NCBI GenBank assembly: GCA_963779575.1
Contig: CAVZYT010000005.1
Coordinates: forward strand, 652,636 to 716,635
Direction: 5' to 3'
DNA: 64,000 nucleotides
Source of the DNA: an uncultured Chloroflexia bacterium
GTDB lineage: Bacteria > Chloroflexota > Limnocylindria > Limnocylindrales > CSP1-4
Shown: piece by piece, positions 59,387-64,000 of the stretch
Layout: each line of letters begins with the position of its first letter
How positions within the stretch are numbered: the first letter of the stretch is position 1
Notes under the pieces: model-generated
What the model was told of the DNA's origin: nothing
Seen by the model: only the letters and a program-made list of their open reading frames with translations
Databases searched by the model: none
Made by a program: the position numbers and the translations under genes

Positions 59387-60974
59387 ATGACCGACATCTC
59401 CAGCGAGCTCCTGCTCGACGCGAGCGGGGTCGCCAAGCACTACGGGGCGGTCGCCGCATTGCGCGCCGCCTCGCTGGCCGTTCGCCCGGGCGAGGTCCAC
59501 GCCCTGATGGGCGCCAACGGGGCGGGCAAGAGCACCCTCGTGAAGATCCTGACCGGTGCCGTGCGACCCGACGGCGGCTCGATCGTCGTCCGTGGCAAGC
59601 CCTACGCCGCCCGCTCACCGGGCGAGGCGCGACGGGTGGGCATCGTGTCGGTGTACCAGGAGCCGTCGCTCGTCCCGGACCTGGACATCGCGTCCAATCT
59701 GCGCCTGACGCGCACCCCGGTCGAGTCCTGCCGCCACTGGCTGGCCGAGCTGGGCATCCCGACCCTGGACCTGCGGGCAGCGGCCCGCAGCCTGCCGCTC
59801 GCGACGCTGCGGGTCATCGACCTCGCGCGCGCCCTCGCGATCGAACCCGACGTCCTGATGCTCGACGAGATGACGGCGGCGCTGCCCGCCGACCTCACCG
59901 AGCGCGTGCTGGAGGTCATCGGCCGGCGGCGCGGCTCGCGCCAGTCCGTGATCTTCATCTCGCACCGGATGATCGAGATCGCCGCCGTGTGTGACCGGGC
60001 GACGGTGCTCCGCGAGGGCGAGACCGTCGGCGTGGTCGATGTCGAGGAGGGGTCCGAAGAGCGGATCGTCAAGCTCATGCTGGGCGACCTCCCGCAGGCG
60101 CCGGCCGCCCGGGCCACCGGCGGTGCCGTTCCGTCGACCCAGGGCGAAGCCAAGGCGACGACGCCCCGGATCCGCGCACAGGGCCTCGCCCTCGGCACCA
60201 AGCTCGCCGACGTGTCGTTCGACCTGTACGCGGGCGAGGTGCTCGGCGTGGTCGCGCTCGAGGGCCAGGGCCAGGACGAGCTGTTCGACATCCTCGCCGG
60301 CTCGGAGCGGCCGCGGACCGGCCAGCTGCTCGTCGACGACGTCGCCGTGTCGTTCCGCCATCCCGCGGACGCCATCCGGGCGGGCCTCGTGTTCGTGCCC
60401 GGCGGACCGGGCCGAGGCCCTGCTCATGCAGCGCTCCGTGCGCGAGAACATCGCCCTGCCGTTCACGGCGCCGTTCCGCGGCTGGGGACCGATCGACGCA
60501 CGGGCCGAGGGCAAGCGGGTCGCGCTCGCCGTCGAGACGCTGCAGATCGACACCCGGGCCCAGTCCGAGGTCAGGCGGCTGTCGGGCGGCAACCAGCAGA
60601 AGGTCACGATCGCCCGCTGGGTGGCCGGCGGCGTGAAGACGCTGCTGTGCTTCGACCCGACGCGCGGCATCGACATCGGCACCAAGCGCCAGATCTACGA
60701 GCTGCTGCGCGAGCTCGCCGGCGCCGGTGCGGCCGTGCTGTTCTACACGTCGGAGCTCAAGGAGATCCAGCTCGCCTGCGACCGGGCCATCGTCATCTTC
60801 GGCGGCCGCGTCGTCGCCGAGATCGCGATCGAGGACGCAGACGAGAAGGCCCTGTTGCGGGCGGCGTACGACCTGCCGCCCGACGCCACGATGCCCGAGG
60901 AGGTCGCCGCGTCGGAGCTCGCGGCGGATGCTTCGAACGAGCCCTCGACGCCGGCAGCCACGGTGGCGACGTGA
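59387..60974 (+). CDS. Sugar ABC transporter ATPase, tandem ABC domains (RbsA-type; frame disruption near 60407)
   Basis: GEVHALMGANGAGKSTLVKILTGAV; DVLMLDEMTAALPADL; second domain VRRLSGGNQQKVTIARWVAGGVKTLLCFDPTRGIDIGTKRQIYELL. Confidence 0.93.
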
Positions 60975-61978
60975 GCGCGGCCGCGGGCGCAGTTCCCGGG
61001 ACGCGCGCCGCCCCGGGAGAGCTCGTCGCCGCGTGGGCGCGGCGCAGCGCGTGGACGCTCGGGCTGTTCGCCGTCCTCGTCGGGATGCTCGTGTTCACCA
61101 AGACGATCGCGCCCAACTACGGCGCGGCGCAGATCCAGGGCCTGGCCATCGGCATGCTGCCGGTCGCGCTGGCCGCGATCGCACAGGCGGTCGTCGTGAT
61201 CTCGGGCGGCATCGACCTCTCGGTGGCCTCGATGATGGCCCTCACCAGCGTCGCCGCGGCCGTCCTGATGGAGGGCCGGGGCGAGGGCTTCGCGGTCCTC
61301 GTCGTGCTGGCGATCCTGCTCCTTGGCCTGCTCCTCGGGGCGATCAACGGCTCGTTGATCGTCGTCACCCGCGTCCCCGACATCGTGGTCACGCTCGCGA
61401 TGTCGTTCGTCTGGGCCGGGGCGACGCTGCTCATCCTCGATTCGCCCGGCGGCGGCGCGGCCCAGTGGTTCATCGGCCTGGTGAACGGGTCACTCGGCAG
61501 TCCGTGGCTGCCGCGTGCGTTCCTCGTGCTCGTCGCCATCGTCGTCGTGATCTGGATCCCGCTCCGGCGGTCGATGCTCGGCCTCAGCATGTACGCGCTG
61601 GGCAGCAGCCAGCTCGCCGCCTTCCGCAGTGGCGTGGCGGTCGGCCGCACGAAGATCGCGGCCTACGCGGTCACCGGGCTGTTCTGCGCGCTCGGTGGGC
61701 TGGCGGTGATCGCGAGCACGTCGGGATCCGCGTCGCCGGTGCCCGGGCCGTACACGCTCCAGAGCGTCGCCGCGATCGTGCTCGGTGGGGTCAGCCTTGC
61801 CGGTGGCCGGGGTGGGGTGGTGGGCCCCATCGTCGCCGTGGCCATCCTCCAGCTGGTCCGGACCGACCTGACGCTCCTCGGCGTCAACCCCAACCTCGCC
61901 ACGGCCGTCCAGGGGGTCATCCTGATCGGGGTCGTCCTCGTGGGCAGCATGATCACGATGCGGCGGAACAGGCCATGA
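60971..61978 (+). CDS. Sugar ABC transporter permease (RbsC-type)
   Basis: AVVVISGGIDLSVASMMALTSVAAAVLM; VPDIVVTLAMSFVWAG; VAAIVLGGVSLAGGRGGVVGPIVAVAIL. Confidence 0.93.
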   Translation: MSAAAGAVPGTRAAPGELVAAWARRSAWTLGLFAVLVGMLVFTKTIAPNYGAAQIQGLAIGMLPVALAAIAQAVVVISGGIDLSVASMMALTSVAAAVLMEGRGEGFAVLVVLAILLLGLLLGAINGSLIVVTRVPDIVVTLAMSFVWAGATLLILDSPGGGAAQWFIGLVNGSLGSPWLPRAFLVLVAIVVVIWIPLRRSMLGLSMYALGSSQLAAFRSGVAVGRTKIAAYAVTGLFCALGGLAVIASTSGSASPVPGPYTLQSVAAIVLGGVSLAGGRGGVVGPIVAVAILQLVRTDLTLLGVNPNLATAVQGVILIGVVLVGSMITMRRNRP

Positions 61979-62964
61979 CCGCCGGCGTCGGCACGGCCCC
62001 GGCTCCCAGCGCCATCCCGGCCGTGCGCCGCCTGTTCCGGGATCACCCGCTGATCCCGCTGACGGCGCTGCTCGTCGCGCTGGTCGTCGTCCTGGAGCTG
62101 GTCCAGCCCGGCACCCTGAGCCCCAACTGGGTGGCGATCGCGCTCCGTGCGGCGATCCCGCTCGCGATCCTCGCCGGCTGCCAGACGCTCGCGATGCTGA
62201 CCGGCGGCATCGACCTCTCGGTGGGCACGATCGCCTCGATGGCGGCGTTCCTGGTGGCGACGCAGTCGACGGGCCAGGGTCCGGTCGTCGCGATCCTCAT
62301 CGGCCTCGGGGCCGCCGTCATCGCCGGGACGATCAACGGGATCGGCATCGGCGTGTTCAAGGTCCACCCGCTGATCATGACCCTCGGCATCGGCCTCGTG
62401 ATCCTGGGCCTCATGGCCGCCTACCAGCTGGCGATGGTGACCTCGGGCGTGGAGCTGCCGGACTCGATCCAGTGGCTCGGGTCGGGGCTCGATCTCGGCT
62501 TCCTGCCCAACAGCCTCATCCTGTTCGTGCCGGTGGCCGCGGCGATCCTGCTCGGGCTGCGGTACACGGGATTCGGCCGGCTGCTGTTCGCCGTCGGTGA
62601 CAACCCGGTGGCCTCGCGCCTGTCCGGCGTCCGCGTGTGGCAGGTGCTCGTCGCGCTGTACATCCTGTCCGCGGTGCTGGCGGCGCTCGCCGGACTGCTG
62701 GTCGCCGGCCTCGTCAAGACGGCCAGCATCTCGCTCGTGGAGTCGGCCGTGCTCCCGTCCGTGGCGGCGGCGGTCATCGGCGGGACGTCGATCATGGGTG
62801 GCCGCGGCGGGTACGCGGGGACGATCGTCGGGGCCCTGATCCTGACGGTGCTCTCGGCGCTGCTGGGCGCCCTGGCCTTCCCCGAGGCGGTGCGGCAGAT
62901 GCTGTTCGGCCTGATCGTCGTCGTCGTGGCCGCCGCCTACGCCCGGGTCACCGGCGAGGCCTGA
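61975..62964 (+). CDS. Sugar ABC transporter permease (RbsC-type), second copy
   Basis: QTLAMLTGGIDLSVGTIASMAAFLVATQS; VHPLIMTLGIGLVILGLMAAYQLAMVTSG; AAAVIGGTSIMGGRGGYAGTIVGALIL. Confidence 0.93.
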   Translation: MTAGVGTAPAPSAIPAVRRLFRDHPLIPLTALLVALVVVLELVQPGTLSPNWVAIALRAAIPLAILAGCQTLAMLTGGIDLSVGTIASMAAFLVATQSTGQGPVVAILIGLGAAVIAGTINGIGIGVFKVHPLIMTLGIGLVILGLMAAYQLAMVTSGVELPDSIQWLGSGLDLGFLPNSLILFVPVAAAILLGLRYTGFGRLLFAVGDNPVASRLSGVRVWQVLVALYILSAVLAALAGLLVAGLVKTASISLVESAVLPSVAAAVIGGTSIMGGRGGYAGTIVGALILTVLSALLGALAFPEAVRQMLFGLIVVVVAAAYARVTGEA

Positions 62965-62970
62965 CGGCCG

Positions 62971-64000
62971 CCATGGACGACGGCGGCAGCGGCACCCGGC
63001 ACCTCGGCCTCGACCTCGGCGGCACGAACCTCAAGTGGGCCGTGGTCGCCCGCGACGGGCGGCGGCTGGACGACGCTGGCGACCGGCCAGGCGCCCGACC
63101 GAGGCCGGCGACGGGACCCGAGGCCGTCGTCGCGCGGATCGGGCGAGACGGGGACGGCGGCGATGGACGACCTGGCCGGGCGTCGCGTCCGCCGGCATCG
63201 GCGTGCCCGGGCTGTACGACCCCGAGGCCGGCACGACGCGGTTCCTCGTCAACGTGCCGGGGGCCTGGGCCGGCCGGCCGGTCGCCGGTCCGGTCGGCGA
63301 GCGGCTCGGCGTGCCCGGCGTTCCTCATCAACGACGCGCGGGCGTTCGGGCTGGCGGAGCTGCGGCTCGGGCGCCGGTCGCGGCGCGTCGTCGATGGTCG
63401 GCCTGACGCTCGGGACCGGCGTGGGCGGCGTCATCGCGATCGACGGCCGGGTCCACCAGGGCCACGACGGCACGGCCGGCGAGGTCGGGCCACCAGACGA
63501 TCGACCCGGACGGGCCGTCGTGCGGCTGCGGCAACCACGGCTGCCTCGAGGCGTTCGCGCGGGCCGACCGGCTCGCGGCGGCGTGCGGGACGGCGACGGC
63601 CGAGGAGGCGGTGGCGCGGGCGCGAGGCCGGCGACGAGCGGGCGCTCGACGGGCTCGCCACGGTCGGCCGCTACCTCGGCATCGGGATCGCCAACATGAT
63701 CACCGTGATCTCGCCCGGACCGGGTCGTGATCGGCGGCGGCGTCGCGGCGGCCGGCGACCTGCTGTTCGCGCCGATCCGCGAGGAGCTCGCGCGGCGCGT
63801 GAAGACGACGTCGCTCGACGCCGGTGACGCTGGTCGCGGCCGAGCTCGGGGTCTGGGCCGGGCGCGATCGGGGCGGCCGTCCACGGCGCCGAGCGGGCGG
63901 CGGACGGCGCATCGAGCCGGCGGCGCCCGGCGTGACCACCGCGACCACCGTCCCGCAGTGGCGGCGCATCGAGCGCTCCCTGCGCGAGCGCATCCACGAC
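62971..64000 (+). CDS. ROK-family sugar kinase (glucokinase-like), several frame disruptions, probably reaches or crosses the window edge
   Basis: LGLDLGGTNLKWAVVARDGRRLDDAG; GLTLGTGVGGVIAIDGRVHQGHDGTAGEVG; CGCGNHGCLEAF-type Zn motif text; ANMITVISPG in different frames. Confidence 0.85.

Noticed and set aside
1-64000. Prophage, transposase/IS, toxin-antitoxin, restriction-modification or other anti-phage systems, rRNA and tRNA genes
   Set aside because: No supporting ORFs or RNA signatures were found in the frames inspected by eye. A tRNAscan-SE, PADLOC/DefenseFinder and ISfinder run would be needed to exclude them formally.

Overview
The window is a high-GC bacterial chromosomal segment, probably metagenome-derived. 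The host lineage is uncertain; the gene style looks Chloroflexota or Actinomycetota-like. Four blocks are visible. (1) 1-21.3 kb is an exopolysaccharide / cell-surface glycan locus. It encodes a MurJ/Wzx-type flippase, an asparagine-synthase-like protein, glycosyltransferases, a WecA/MraY-type phosphotransferase, a polysaccharide deacetylase, a Wzz-type protein, two tandem right-handed beta-helix exoproteins (one with a long PT-rich linker), paired RfbF-like cytidylyltransferases and EvaC-like methyltransferases, an SDR epimerase, a PIG-L deacetylase and a nucleotide-sugar dehydrogenase. (2) 21.4-41.2 kb is mostly housekeeping. It includes a MoaD-MoaE fusion, an orphan lysine-5,6-aminomutase-alpha-like protein, an HxlR regulator, an S1C/PDZ protease, an MFS transporter, a leucine/isovalerate-type carboxylase set, a two-component system and a DM13 protein. 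(3) 41.4-49.6 kb is a glycoside-utilisation cluster with GH3, a MalEFG-type ABC transporter, LacI and Gfo/Idh. (4) 50.9-64 kb is a ROK-regulated carbohydrate catabolism operon with two Gfo/Idh enzymes, a TIM-barrel isomerase, a DeoC-like aldolase, a UPF0309-type SIS protein, an RbsABC-type transporter and a ROK kinase. The strongest non-coding finding is a GEMM-I riboswitch candidate at ~13.37-13.44 kb on the minus strand, upstream of the PT-rich beta-helix exoprotein. It carries A instead of G at the ligand-specifying position equivalent to Vc2 G20, so it may sense 3',3'-cGAMP rather than (or as well as) c-di-GMP. Other findings are a mirror-symmetric methyltransferase/RfbF arrangement with a ~320 bp near-identical inverted tract, candidate LacI and ROK operators, and perfect 12-bp hairpins immediately after both ABC substrate-binding-protein genes. 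Many genes carry frame disruptions, most likely uncorrected indel sequencing errors, so boundaries in those regions are approximate. No CRISPR array, recognisable anti-phage system, rRNA or tRNA was found.
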